Source: Clostridiales bacterium (GTDB lineage: Bacteria > Bacillota > Clostridia > Oscillospirales > Oscillospiraceae). From it: a stretch of DNA of 64,000 bases. A program made the translations under genes and the position numbers. Positions 18,436-27,052 of the stretch are shown piece by piece (positions within the stretch are counted from its first letter, which is position 1; the number at the start of each line of letters is the position of its first letter). The stretch lies in assembly GCA_021205725.1 (NCBI GenBank), contig JAJPWY010000022.1:438-64437 (forward strand), in the 5' to 3' direction. The notes beneath the pieces are model-generated. The model searched no databases. It saw only the letters and a list, made by a program, of their open reading frames with translations, and was not told where the DNA came from.

Positions 18436-21400
18436 ATGAGACAAATCAAGAGAGTCACAGCGTTTTTCCTGTCCTTGGCCCTCCTGCTGACGATGCTTCC
18501 CGGCGCTGCCTGGGCAGCGGAGACGGAGGAGCTGCCGGAGGAGGCCGCCGTGACGGAGGAAGCGACAACAGAAACGGACGAGGCTCAGGAGACGTCTCCT
18601 GAATCCTCTGTCTCCGGGGAGACAGAGGATGATGAGGTCTCCGAAACAGAGGCGGAGGCGGCAGACGAACCGGCTGCCGTGTCCGAGGAGGACATCGCCA
18701 CGGTTAGTGACGAGGTGGCAAGCGGCACCTGCGGGGATAATTTGACCTGGGTGCTGGATGACACTGGGACGCTGACCATCAGCGGAACGGGGGATATGTC
18801 GGAATGGGATTACGATAGTGATAGTGAAATGCCGGAAGTGCCATGGGCAGACTATGCCGAGCAAATTGAATCGATCGTAATTGAAGACGGCGTGACCAGT
18901 ATCAGCAGTGACGCATTTGAAGAATGTTATAACCTGACCAGTGCTGTCATCGGTAATGGGGTCGAGACGATTGGTGATTATGCTTTTTGGAGCTGCGAGA
19001 ATTTGGAGAGTGTGACCTTCGGAAGCAGTGTGACCAGCATTGGCGTAAGCGCATTTCAGTATTGCATGAGCCTGACGAACGTTGCCATTCCGGACAGCGT
19101 GACCACGATTGACAGCCTTGCGTTTCACAACTGTACGAAGCTGACCAAAATTGAAATTGGAACAGGAATCACGTCCATCGGCAACCTTGCCCTTGGGTAT
19201 TACGAAGGGGAAGAATACGAAGAATACGAAGATGAAAACGGAGATATATGGTATGACGTCACATATGTAAACGCACTGGTAGACGGCGTCACTATCTATG
19301 GCTATACCGACACGGCTGCAAAGGACTATGCGACGAGAAACGGCATTGACTTTGTCGCTGTGGACGGCGGCGATGTCGGCGGTGATGACGAAACTACTGT
19401 CGTGGCTAGCGGCACCTGTGGGAATAATCTGACTTGGACGCTGGAGAAAAATGGAATGTTGACCATCAGCGGGACGGGGGCTATGGCGAACTGGAGTGGT
19501 TATACCAGTGTCCCATGGTACGGTTATCGAACCTCCATTCTTTCCGTGACTATCGAGGATGGTGTCACCAGCATTAGTGCCTGGGCGTTTAATAGCTGTA
19601 CCAACCTGACCAGCGTCACAATTGGGGACAGCGTCACCAGCATTGGCGGTAGAGCATTTGACGAGTGTGACAGTCTGACCAGTGTAGTTATTCCAGACAG
19701 TGTGACCAGTATTGATGTTGCTGTCTTTTACGGCTGCACTAATCTGGACAGCGTCACGATTGGGAGCGGCGTCACCAGCATTGGCGACTATGCGTTTTCC
19801 TGCTGCACCAGTCTGACCGGCATCACTGTAGACGCAGAGAATACGGCGTACAGCTCCTCGGATGGTGTGCTGTTCAACAAAGCGCAATCGACGCTGCTCT
19901 GCTGTCCTGCAAGAAAGGCAGGAGCATATACGATTCCGGACAGTGTGACCAGCATTAGCACCGAAGCGTTTTACAATTGTGCTAGCCTGACCAGCGTCAC
20001 AATTCCGGATAGTGTAACAAGTATTGGTCGTGCCGCATTTTCTGGTTGCACCAGTTTGGCCAGTGTCACGATTGGAAACAGCGTGACCAGCATTGGCAGT
20101 AGTGCATTTTCTATGTGTAGCAGCCTGACGAGCATCGCAATACCGGACGGCGTGACCAGCATTGACGATTTTGCGTTTAGTAATTGCAGCAGCCTGACGA
20201 GCATCACGATACCGGACAGCGTGACCAGTATTGATGATTTTGCATTTAGCGTCTGCATCAGCCTGACGGACGTCTTTTACTCCGGTTCCGAGGATGCGTG
20301 GGCGGAAATCAGAATCGGCTCCTATAATACAAACCTAACCAACGCCACAATCCATTATAACTGCCACACCCATTCCTATGGCGAACCCACATTTACCTGG
20401 TCTGAGAACTACAGCACCGCTACCGCTGCTTTTATTTGCTCTGTAGGTGGCGAAACTGAAACCGTTGATGCGGTCGTAACCAGTACCACCACTGCGGCTC
20501 CCACCTGCACCGGGGACGGCTCTGCGATTCGGACGGCTACAGTTGCGCTGGATGGCAAGAGCTACTCTGACAGCCGGACTGTGACCCTCCCCGCCACCGG
20601 CCACACCATAGAAATTCAGAACGCCAAAGCCGCCACCTGCACGGAGGACGGCTACACCGGCGACGAGATCTGTATCGTCTGCGGCAAGATCGTGTCCACC
20701 GGCGAGACTATCCCCGCCACCGGCCACAGCTACGGCACTCCCACCTGGGACTGGTCAGAGGACTACAGCAAGGTAACTGCCACCTTTACCTGCTCCGTGT
20801 GCGGTGAGCAGGAGACGGCAGCCGCCACCATCACCTACGCAGTGACCACCGCCGCCACCTACACCGCCGCCGGTACGGGCGCCTACACCGCCACCGTGAC
20901 CTTCAACGGCAAGACGTACACGGATACCAAGACGGTGACCATCCCCATGCTCGTTCTCACCGCCCCCACCATCACGTCCCTGTACAATTCCACCAGCGGC
21001 GTCTCCGTCGGCTGGGGCGCTGTGGACGGGGCCACTGAATACATCGTCTGGCGGCTGAACAACTCCTCCGGCAAGTGGGAGAAGTGCGCCACCACCACCG
21101 GCACGACCTACCTCAGCACCAGCCCGGTCTCCGGCACCACCTATTATTACGCTATCGAGGCCGTGAACGGGGAAGTTACCTCCGGCCGTGGAACGCAACG
21201 ATACATCCTGTACATGGCGACGCCCAAGGTCAGTCTGGAGAACACCACCTCCGGCATTAAAGTCTCCTGGAACTCCGTCGCTGGCGCAACCTCCGGCTAT
21301 CAGGTCTATCGCCGCACGGCGGATACGGACTATGAGCTGTTGAAGCAGGTGTCCACCTCTACTACCAGCTATACGGATACGACCGCCGAGGCGGGGGTAC

Positions 21401-22260
21401 GGTATTACTACATCGTCCGCTCTGTCCGTGGCTCCGCCCGGAGCGCTTACGCCTCTCAGTACATCACCCGCCTGACCACTCCCACGAATATCAGCGTCAG
21501 CAACACCAAGAGCGGCGTGCAGGTGACATGGAGCGCCGTCACCGGCGCAACCTCCTATCAGGTCTGGCGGAAGCTGTCCGGCTCCTCCAGCTGGAGCAAG
21601 GTGGGCACGACCACCGACACCAGTTATACCAGTACGGGCGTGACCTCCGGCAAGACCTACGTGTTCACCGTGAAGGCGGTTTATAATTCCAGTGTCAGCG
21701 CCTACAACACCACCGGCAAGACCATTATGCGACTGGCTGAGCCCACCATCACATTGGAGAACCTGGTGGGCGGCCTGACCGCCAGCTGGAACGCCGTGGA
21801 CGGAGCCGAGGGCTACAAGCTCTACCGCCGCTCCGAGACGGGCAGCTATGTCTTGGTCGCCACTCTGGATGCTGATACCCTGACCTATACCGACAAGGCG
21901 GCAGGGGCAGGCATTGTGTACTACTACCGTGTTCAGGCCTACAACGGCAGCTATACCAGCTCCTGGACATCTCAGTTCAACCGGAGAATCGGCCATACCA
22001 CCCTGAAACTAGCGAAGGGTGAGGACGGCGTAGTGCTCACCTGGACAAAGAGCGGCGGCTGTACGGGCTATTACATCTACCGGATGAACGAGGACGGCAG
22101 CTATACCCGCATCAAGACCATCACCTCCGCCGATACCCTGACCTGGACGGATACGGACGTGGATCTGACGTCTGGGAATGTCTACACCTATATCGTCCGG
22201 GGCTACAACGGCAGCAGCCTGGGGTCGTATACGCCCAAAAAGACCAGTGATTTCTTCTAA
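18436..22260 (+). CDS. Secreted giant surface protein: signal peptide, acidic linker, BspA-type leucine-rich repeats, Cys-containing PATGH modules, five FN3-like repeats
   Basis: - N-terminal signal (FFLSLALLLTMLPGAAWA).
- About 23-aa repeats IPDSVTSIG..AF..C.SLTSVT.
- Two copies of H.YG.P.W.WS.DYS..TA.F.C domains.
- Five repeats of about 87 aa with G.(V/I)SW..V.GA.GY.(V/I)(Y/W)R...YYY pattern.
- No LPXTG, SLH or choline-binding motif seen. Confidence 0.8.
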   Translation: MRQIKRVTAFFLSLALLLTMLPGAAWAAETEELPEEAAVTEEATTETDEAQETSPESSVSGETEDDEVSETEAEAADEPAAVSEEDIATVSDEVASGTCGDNLTWVLDDTGTLTISGTGDMSEWDYDSDSEMPEVPWADYAEQIESIVIEDGVTSISSDAFEECYNLTSAVIGNGVETIGDYAFWSCENLESVTFGSSVTSIGVSAFQYCMSLTNVAIPDSVTTIDSLAFHNCTKLTKIEIGTGITSIGNLALGYYEGEEYEEYEDENGDIWYDVTYVNALVDGVTIYGYTDTAAKDYATRNGIDFVAVDGGDVGGDDETTVVASGTCGNNLTWTLEKNGMLTISGTGAMANWSGYTSVPWYGYRTSILSVTIEDGVTSISAWAFNSCTNLTSVTIGDSVTSIGGRAFDECDSLTSVVIPDSVTSIDVAVFYGCTNLDSVTIGSGVTSIGDYAFSCCTSLTGITVDAENTAYSSSDGVLFNKAQSTLLCCPARKAGAYTIPDSVTSISTEAFYNCASLTSVTIPDSVTSIGRAAFSGCTSLASVTIGNSVTSIGSSAFSMCSSLTSIAIPDGVTSIDDFAFSNCSSLTSITIPDSVTSIDDFAFSVCISLTDVFYSGSEDAWAEIRIGSYNTNLTNATIHYNCHTHSYGEPTFTWSENYSTATAAFICSVGGETETVDAVVTSTTTAAPTCTGDGSAIRTATVALDGKSYSDSRTVTLPATGHTIEIQNAKAATCTEDGYTGDEICIVCGKIVSTGETIPATGHSYGTPTWDWSEDYSKVTATFTCSVCGEQETAAATITYAVTTAATYTAAGTGAYTATVTFNGKTYTDTKTVTIPMLVLTAPTITSLYNSTSGVSVGWGAVDGATEYIVWRLNNSSGKWEKCATTTGTTYLSTSPVSGTTYYYAIEAVNGEVTSGRGTQRYILYMATPKVSLENTTSGIKVSWNSVAGATSGYQVYRRTADTDYELLKQVSTSTTSYTDTTAEAGVRYYYIVRSVRGSARSAYASQYITRLTTPTNISVSNTKSGVQVTWSAVTGATSYQVWRKLSGSSSWSKVGTTTDTSYTSTGVTSGKTYVFTVKAVYNSSVSAYNTTGKTIMRLAEPTITLENLVGGLTASWNAVDGAEGYKLYRRSETGSYVLVATLDADTLTYTDKAAGAGIVYYYRVQAYNGSYTSSWTSQFNRRIGHTTLKLAKGEDGVVLTWTKSGGCTGYYIYRMNEDGSYTRIKTITSADTLTWTDTDVDLTSGNVYTYIVRGYNGSSLGSYTPKKTSDFF
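20119..20256 (+). repeat. Two near-identical tandem 69-bp units inside the LRR region
   Basis: AGCAGCCTGACGAGCATC(G/A)C(A/G)ATACCGGAC(G/A)GCGTGACCAG... recurs with a 69-nt (23-codon) period at 20119 and 20188. Confidence 0.85.
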
Positions 22261-22322
22261 GCGCATTTCCACCTGAGACAAAACGCCAGCCCTCCGGCCG
22301 TATCGGTCGGAGGGCTGGTGTG
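20710..22322. repeat. Arm A of a ~1.6-kb inverted repeat (partner 28036-29657)
   Basis: The gene 3' end plus about 60 nt of 3' flank including the terminator hairpin match the reverse complement of 28036-29657. The last two FN3-like repeats and the tail are nearly identical. Confidence 0.85.
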
Positions 22323-22330
22323 CTGTTGGA
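22286..22330. terminator. Bidirectional intrinsic terminator (surface-protein gene / pfkA-like gene)
   Basis: CCAGCCCTCCG-N11-CGGAGGGCTGG, with T-rich runs on both strands. An identical hairpin recurs at 28040-28072. Confidence 0.6.
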
Positions 22331-22367
22331 TGCCAATTTTTGAAAAAGGACGTGTGGGAAAGGCGGT

Positions 22368-23432
22368 TCAGTCCCCGAAGCTGATGCCGATTCGCTTGGC
22401 CTCCCGGATGATGGAGCTGTCCGGAGGGACGGTTTTCAGCCGTCCGGCCACCTCCCCCAGGGGGACGGGGACGATCTCACCGTTTACAATGCCCACCATA
22501 CAGCCATATTTTCCCTCCAAAATCAGCCCGGCCGCCGCCGCACCCAGCCGGGAGGCCAGCACCCGGTCATAGGGACAGGGAGAGCCGCCCCGCTGGGTGT
22601 GGCCGGGAACGGTGATGCGAACCTCCTTGCCGGTCTTTTCCAGAATCTGGTCTGCCAGCTTGTAGGAGACAGAGGGATAGCGCCGCTGCTCCGCCTTTCT
22701 CTCGCTCTTGCTCAGGGCGGCGTCCTCCCGGCTGATTGCACCCTCGGCCACCGCCAGGATGGTGAACCGTTTCCCGGCCCTGTCCCGCTTCTCGATGGCG
22801 GCGGCCACCTTGTCCACATCGTAGGGGATCTCCGGCAGAAGGATGATGTCCGCTCCGCCGGCCAGCCCTGCGTGGAGTGTCAGCCACCCCACCTTGTGGC
22901 CCATGACCTCTACGATAAACACCCGGCCATGGGAGGCGGCGGTGGTATGGATGCAGTCGATGGCGTCGGTGGCGATGTTGACGGCGCTCTGAAAGCCGAA
23001 GGTCATGTCGGTGCCCCAGATATCGTTGTCGATGGTCTTGGGGAGAGTGACCACGTTCAGCCCCTCCTCCCGGAGGAGGTTGGCGGTCTTGTGGGTGCCG
23101 TTGCCCCCCAGGATGACCAGACAGTCCAGCCCCAGCTGCCGGTAGGTGCCCTTCATGGCCTCCACCTTGTCCAGGCCGTTCTCATCCGGTATCCGCATCT
23201 GCTTGAAGGGCTGCCGGGAGGAGCCGAGGATGGTCCCGCCCCGGGTCAGGATGCCGGAGAAGTCCCTCTCGGTCATCTTCCGGTAGCGGCCGTAGATCAG
23301 GCCCTTATAGCCGTCCTCAAAGCCGTAAATGACCGCCTCGCCCGCCTCAAACAGGGATTTGGCCACACCCCGCATGGCGGCGTTGAGGGCCTGGCAGTCG
23401 CCGCCGCTGGTGAGCATTCCGATGGTGAGCAC
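22368..23432 (-). CDS. pfkA: 6-phosphofructokinase family protein (atypical active-site motifs)
   Basis: MLTIGMLTSGGDCQALNAAMRGV and KTIDNDI motifs of PFK-A family. It has GGNGT where E. coli/Bacillus PfkA have GGDGS, and MGH where they have MGR. Confidence 0.8.
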   Translation of the reverse strand: MLTIGMLTSGGDCQALNAAMRGVAKSLFEAGEAVIYGFEDGYKGLIYGRYRKMTERDFSGILTRGGTILGSSRQPFKQMRIPDENGLDKVEAMKGTYRQLGLDCLVILGGNGTHKTANLLREEGLNVVTLPKTIDNDIWGTDMTFGFQSAVNIATDAIDCIHTTAASHGRVFIVEVMGHKVGWLTLHAGLAGGADIILLPEIPYDVDKVAAAIEKRDRAGKRFTILAVAEGAISREDAALSKSERKAEQRRYPSVSYKLADQILEKTGKEVRITVPGHTQRGGSPCPYDRVLASRLGAAAAGLILEGKYGCMVGIVNGEIVPVPLGEVAGRLKTVPPDSSIIREAKRIGISFGD

Positions 23433-23453
23433 TGTACATCTGTCCTTCCTGTG

Positions 23454-25517
23454 TTATTTGACCCGCCCGGTCTCCGCCGCACGATAGGCCTCCTCGTAAA
23501 ACAGCTCTTGGGAGTTCAGGGGCGTCTTGTTGATGCAGCGGTGGGTGTAGCTGCCGTCGCTGAGTAGCTGCCGCCCCTTCTCGTCGTCCCGCATGATGGT
23601 GTCAAAGATGTGCCGGACCCGGGCCTTCAGATCTCTGTCGTAGATGGGTGCTGCCACCTCCACCCGCCGGAGGGTGTTCCGGGTCATGAAGTCGGCGGAG
23701 GCGATATAGATCTGCTCCCGCTCCCCCACGCCGAAGCGATAGATGCGGGAGTGCTCCAGGAAACGTCCCACCACGCTGATGACGGTGATGTTGTCGGTAA
23801 AGCCCTGGATCCCCGGCCGCAGGCAGCAGATGCCCCGGACGATCAGCTCGATACGCACCCCCGCCTGGGATGCCTCGATGAGCTTGTCGATGATGACCTT
23901 GTCGGTGAGGGAGTTGATTTTGGCCCCGATATAGGCCCGCTGCCCTGCCCGGGCACAGGCGATCTCCCGATCCATCAGTTCCAGCACCCGGTTTTGCAGA
24001 CAGTGGGGAGCCACCAGCAGGTGCTCCGTCGTCTCCAGCGTCTCCTCACAGGAGACGGCGTTGAAAATGCGGGCGGCCTCTGCGCCGATGCCCTGGTCGG
24101 CGGTCATCAGGCTCAGGTCGGTATACTGCTTCGCCGTCTTTTCGTTGTAGTTGCCGGTGCCGATCTGGGTCAGATAGCGCAGCCCGTGGTCGGTATACCG
24201 GGTGATGAGGCACAGCTTGGAGTGCACCTTATACTCCGGCAGGCCGTAGCTCACCCGGCATCCTGCATCCTCCAGACGGTGGGACATCTCGATGTTGTTC
24301 TCCTCGTCGAACCTGGCCCGGAGCTCCAGGAGGACGACCACCTCCTTGCCGTTTTCCGCCGCCTCGATCAGCTCCTCGATGACCTTGCTCCGATCCGCCA
24401 CCCGGTAGAGGGACATTTTGATGGAGACCACCGTCTCGTCCTCCGCTGCCTCGTGGAGCAGCCGGAGGAAGGGACGCATGCTCTCAAAGGGATAGCTGAG
24501 CAGCACGTCCTTTTCCTCGATCTGGTCGATGATGCTCCGCTTCATGTCCAGAGCGGGAGACATCCGGGGCGTCCGCCGCTGGTAGAACAGGGCCGGCTCT
24601 CCCCGAAGCTGCTCCTGGAGCTGGGAGACGAAGGACAGATCCAGAGGTGTGGTCACATGTATGATATGCTCCTCCCGGAATCCGATAAAGTCCGCCAGGG
24701 CCGACCGGAGCTTTTCCGGCAGGGGGCGGGACACCTCCAGCCGCACCGGGCTGAGACGGCGTCTCTGACGGATGAGATGCTCCATGTTGTCCCGATAGTC
24801 CAGATCCTCGTCGATAGCGGTGATGGAGTCCAGGTCGGCGTTCCGTGTGACCCGCATGACCGCCTTTTCCTCCACCGTGTACCGGTGAAACAGCTTGCCC
24901 ACAAAGTGGAGGATCAGCTCCTCCCGGAGCATGAACGTCCCCGGGCGGCTGGGCACGGGAATCAGCCGGGGCACCACGCCGTCAGTGCAGGGGACAATCC
25001 CCACCCGGCGCTTACCGCTTTTGGAGGTCAGCCAGGCCACAGCGCAGAGCTGCTTGTTGTGCAGGAAGGGGAACGGCTGCTGCCGTGTGATGACCATCGG
25101 TGAGAGGAAGGGGGCGATCTGCCGGTCAAACAGCTCCTCCAGCAGCTCCCCGTCCTCCGGGGAGAGGCGGCCAAAGTTCACCAGCCGGACGCCGTGAGGC
25201 TCCAGCTCTCCCATGAGCCGGGTATAGACCCGTCCCTTTTTCTCCTCCAGCTCCTGGACTGATTTCAAAATGGCCTCCACCTGCTGGGCGCTGGTCATGC
25301 CGGTCTTGTTGTCCCGCATGGGCTCGCTGGCGTGCATATGGGTCATCAGGGTACCCACCCGAACCATGAAAAACTCATCCAGATTATTTTGGAAAATAGC
25401 GGCAAAGCTCAGCCGCTCCGCCAGCGGCACCCGGGGATTCCCTGCCTCGTCCAGCACCCGCTCATTAAAACGCAGCCAGGACAGCTCCCGGTTGGTATAG
25501 CAATTTCTCTGCTCCAT
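23454..25517 (-). CDS. ppk1: Polyphosphate kinase 1
   Basis: 687 aa. Start NRELSWLRFNERVL. Two PLD-like HxK-type regions (VHSKLCLI, EHSRIY). 21 nt upstream of the pfkA-like gene. Confidence 0.92.
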   Translation of the reverse strand: MEQRNCYTNRELSWLRFNERVLDEAGNPRVPLAERLSFAAIFQNNLDEFFMVRVGTLMTHMHASEPMRDNKTGMTSAQQVEAILKSVQELEEKKGRVYTRLMGELEPHGVRLVNFGRLSPEDGELLEELFDRQIAPFLSPMVITRQQPFPFLHNKQLCAVAWLTSKSGKRRVGIVPCTDGVVPRLIPVPSRPGTFMLREELILHFVGKLFHRYTVEEKAVMRVTRNADLDSITAIDEDLDYRDNMEHLIRQRRRLSPVRLEVSRPLPEKLRSALADFIGFREEHIIHVTTPLDLSFVSQLQEQLRGEPALFYQRRTPRMSPALDMKRSIIDQIEEKDVLLSYPFESMRPFLRLLHEAAEDETVVSIKMSLYRVADRSKVIEELIEAAENGKEVVVLLELRARFDEENNIEMSHRLEDAGCRVSYGLPEYKVHSKLCLITRYTDHGLRYLTQIGTGNYNEKTAKQYTDLSLMTADQGIGAEAARIFNAVSCEETLETTEHLLVAPHCLQNRVLELMDREIACARAGQRAYIGAKINSLTDKVIIDKLIEASQAGVRIELIVRGICCLRPGIQGFTDNITVISVVGRFLEHSRIYRFGVGEREQIYIASADFMTRNTLRRVEVAAPIYDRDLKARVRHIFDTIMRDDEKGRQLLSDGSYTHRCINKTPLNSQELFYEEAYRAAETGRVK

Positions 25518-25637
25518 CCGATTTTTCGCTCCTCATTCCGCACCGGCTCCCGTCTCATCGTCGATGAACGGCAGGTGCGCTCTGTAGATACAGTTTACGA
25601 CGTTCCAAAGACTTTGATACCGCAAACTGCCCTCTGT

Positions 25638-25666
25638 ATTGTATAATGATTCGGAGCGAAAGACAA
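25638..25666 (-). promoter_or_regulatory. Candidate promoter for ppk1-pfkA
   Basis: Minus strand: TTGTCT (25666-25661), 17 nt, TACAAT (25643-25638). Confidence 0.5.
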
Positions 25667-25719
25667 TCAGTCAGGCAAAAAATCTGTGTAAAATTGTCGA
25701 AAAGGGTTTGTAAAGCGCA

Positions 25720-25749
25720 AGCAGCGCCGCCCTCTCAGGCAGCGCTGCT
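25720..25749 (-). terminator. Possible terminator after the EIIC-like gene
   Basis: AGCAGCGC-N14-GCGCTGCT hairpin, followed on the minus strand by a moderately T-rich tail. Confidence 0.4.
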
Positions 25750-25763
25750 CATGTGTCGGTGTA

Positions 25764-26846
25764 TCAGTCCAGCTTCAGATCTCCCTCTTTGATCCAGCCC
25801 TTTTTCCGGAACAGAAGACCCAGGGCCCAGCTGATTACGGCGGGCAGGACGAAGCAGACCAGGATCAGGCCCACCCAGTCCATGGCAGTGATGGCCGTCT
25901 TGGTTCCGGCGGCGATGTCGCTGACCCAGCCGGAGTAGACGCCGATCTGACCCACCAGGCCGCAAGTGCCCATACCGGAGGAGACGGCGGGGCCGTTCAT
26001 CTCCAGCTGGAAGATGCAGGTGGCGATGGGGCCGGTGATGGCGGCGGCCAGAGTGGGGGGGATCCAGATGCGGGGATTTTTCAGGATATTGCTCATCTGG
26101 AGCATGGAGGTGCCCAGGCCCTGGCTTACCAGCCCGCCCCAGCGGTTCTCCTGAAAGCTCATGACCGCAAAGCCCACCATCTGGGCACAGCAGCCGGCCA
26201 CGGCGGCACCGCCCGCCAGCCCGGTCAGGCCGATGGCGGAGCAGATGGCAGCGGAGGAGATGGGCAGGGTCAGGGCCACGCCCACCAGCACCGAGACCAG
26301 GATGCCCATAAAGAAGGGCTGCTGCTCCGTGGCCCACATGATGACGGTCCCCACGGCGCTGGCGGCGCTGCCGATGGCGGGTGCCCACCAGGCGGAGAGG
26401 CACACACCCACGACAATGGTCACGGCGGGGGTCACCAGGATGTCCACCTTGGTCTCCTTGGAGACCGCCTTGCCAAATTCCGTGGCGATAATGGCGATGA
26501 CGAACACCGCCAGAGGGCCGCCTGCGCCGCCCAGGGTGTTGGCGGCGTTGCCAACGGCGATGAGGGAGAACAGCACCAGGGGAGGCGCGCCCAGGGCAAA
26601 GCCGATGGCTACGGCCATGGCGGGGCCGGACATGGCGGTGGCGTAGCCACCCATCTCCTCCAGGAAGGCGATGCCCAGCTGCTGACCCAGGGTCTTGATA
26701 ATGGTGCCGATGAGCAGGGACGCAAACAGTCCCTGTGCCATGGCGGACATGGCGTCGATGCCGTAGCGCTTGGCAGATATCTCGATGTTTTTCCGGTGCA
26801 GGAAGGCCTTGACGGCCTCCCAGGCCCGTTTCAACGCTTCTTTCAT
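25764..26846 (-). CDS. PTS EIIC_2-family-like polytopic membrane protein (orphan)
   Basis: About 360 aa Gly/Ala-rich multi-TM protein. The start MKEALKRAWEAVKAF...AKRYGIDAMSAMAQGLFASLLIGTI resembles stand-alone PTS EIIC-like permeases. ATG 26846 has GAAGGA upstream and lies downstream of the promoter at 26899-26926, so ORF-track start 26933 is rejected. Confidence 0.55.
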   Translation of the reverse strand: MKEALKRAWEAVKAFLHRKNIEISAKRYGIDAMSAMAQGLFASLLIGTIIKTLGQQLGIAFLEEMGGYATAMSGPAMAVAIGFALGAPPLVLFSLIAVGNAANTLGGAGGPLAVFVIAIIATEFGKAVSKETKVDILVTPAVTIVVGVCLSAWWAPAIGSAASAVGTVIMWATEQQPFFMGILVSVLVGVALTLPISSAAICSAIGLTGLAGGAAVAGCCAQMVGFAVMSFQENRWGGLVSQGLGTSMLQMSNILKNPRIWIPPTLAAAITGPIATCIFQLEMNGPAVSSGMGTCGLVGQIGVYSGWVSDIAAGTKTAITAMDWVGLILVCFVLPAVISWALGLLFRKKGWIKEGDLKLD

Positions 26847-26898
26847 ATGTTTTCCTTCTCTCTGTGAATATTCAGGTGTCTTGACAGATGTCGGTATC

Positions 26899-26926
26899 AT
26901 TATATTCTCTTCCGACAGATTGTCAA
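26899..26926 (-). promoter_or_regulatory. Sigma-A type promoter for the EIIC-like gene
   Basis: Minus strand: TTGACA (26926-26921), 16 nt, TATAAT (26904-26899). Confidence 0.6.
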
Positions 26927-26994
26927 TTCCCAAATTAGAGGGAAAAACGTCCCAGATTCTTGTGCAAAAGGGGGAGACGTTTACCCTTCCGCCA

Positions 26995-27023
26995 TTGCAA
27001 ATCCCATTCCTCTGTGATATATT
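26995..27023 (+). promoter_or_regulatory. Sigma-A type promoter for the xdhC-like gene
   Basis: TTGCAA (26995-27000), 17 nt, TATATT (27018-27023), preceded by TGa (extended -10). Confidence 0.6.
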
Positions 27024-27052
27024 GGACTGGAAACAGAAAGGGAGCTGATTTT

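Noticed and set aside
22599-25103. ORFs 22599-23567 (+) and 23610-25103 (+), opposite pfkA-like and ppk1.
   Set aside because: They are antisense to well-supported genes, with low-complexity Gly/Asp/His/Leu-rich translations.
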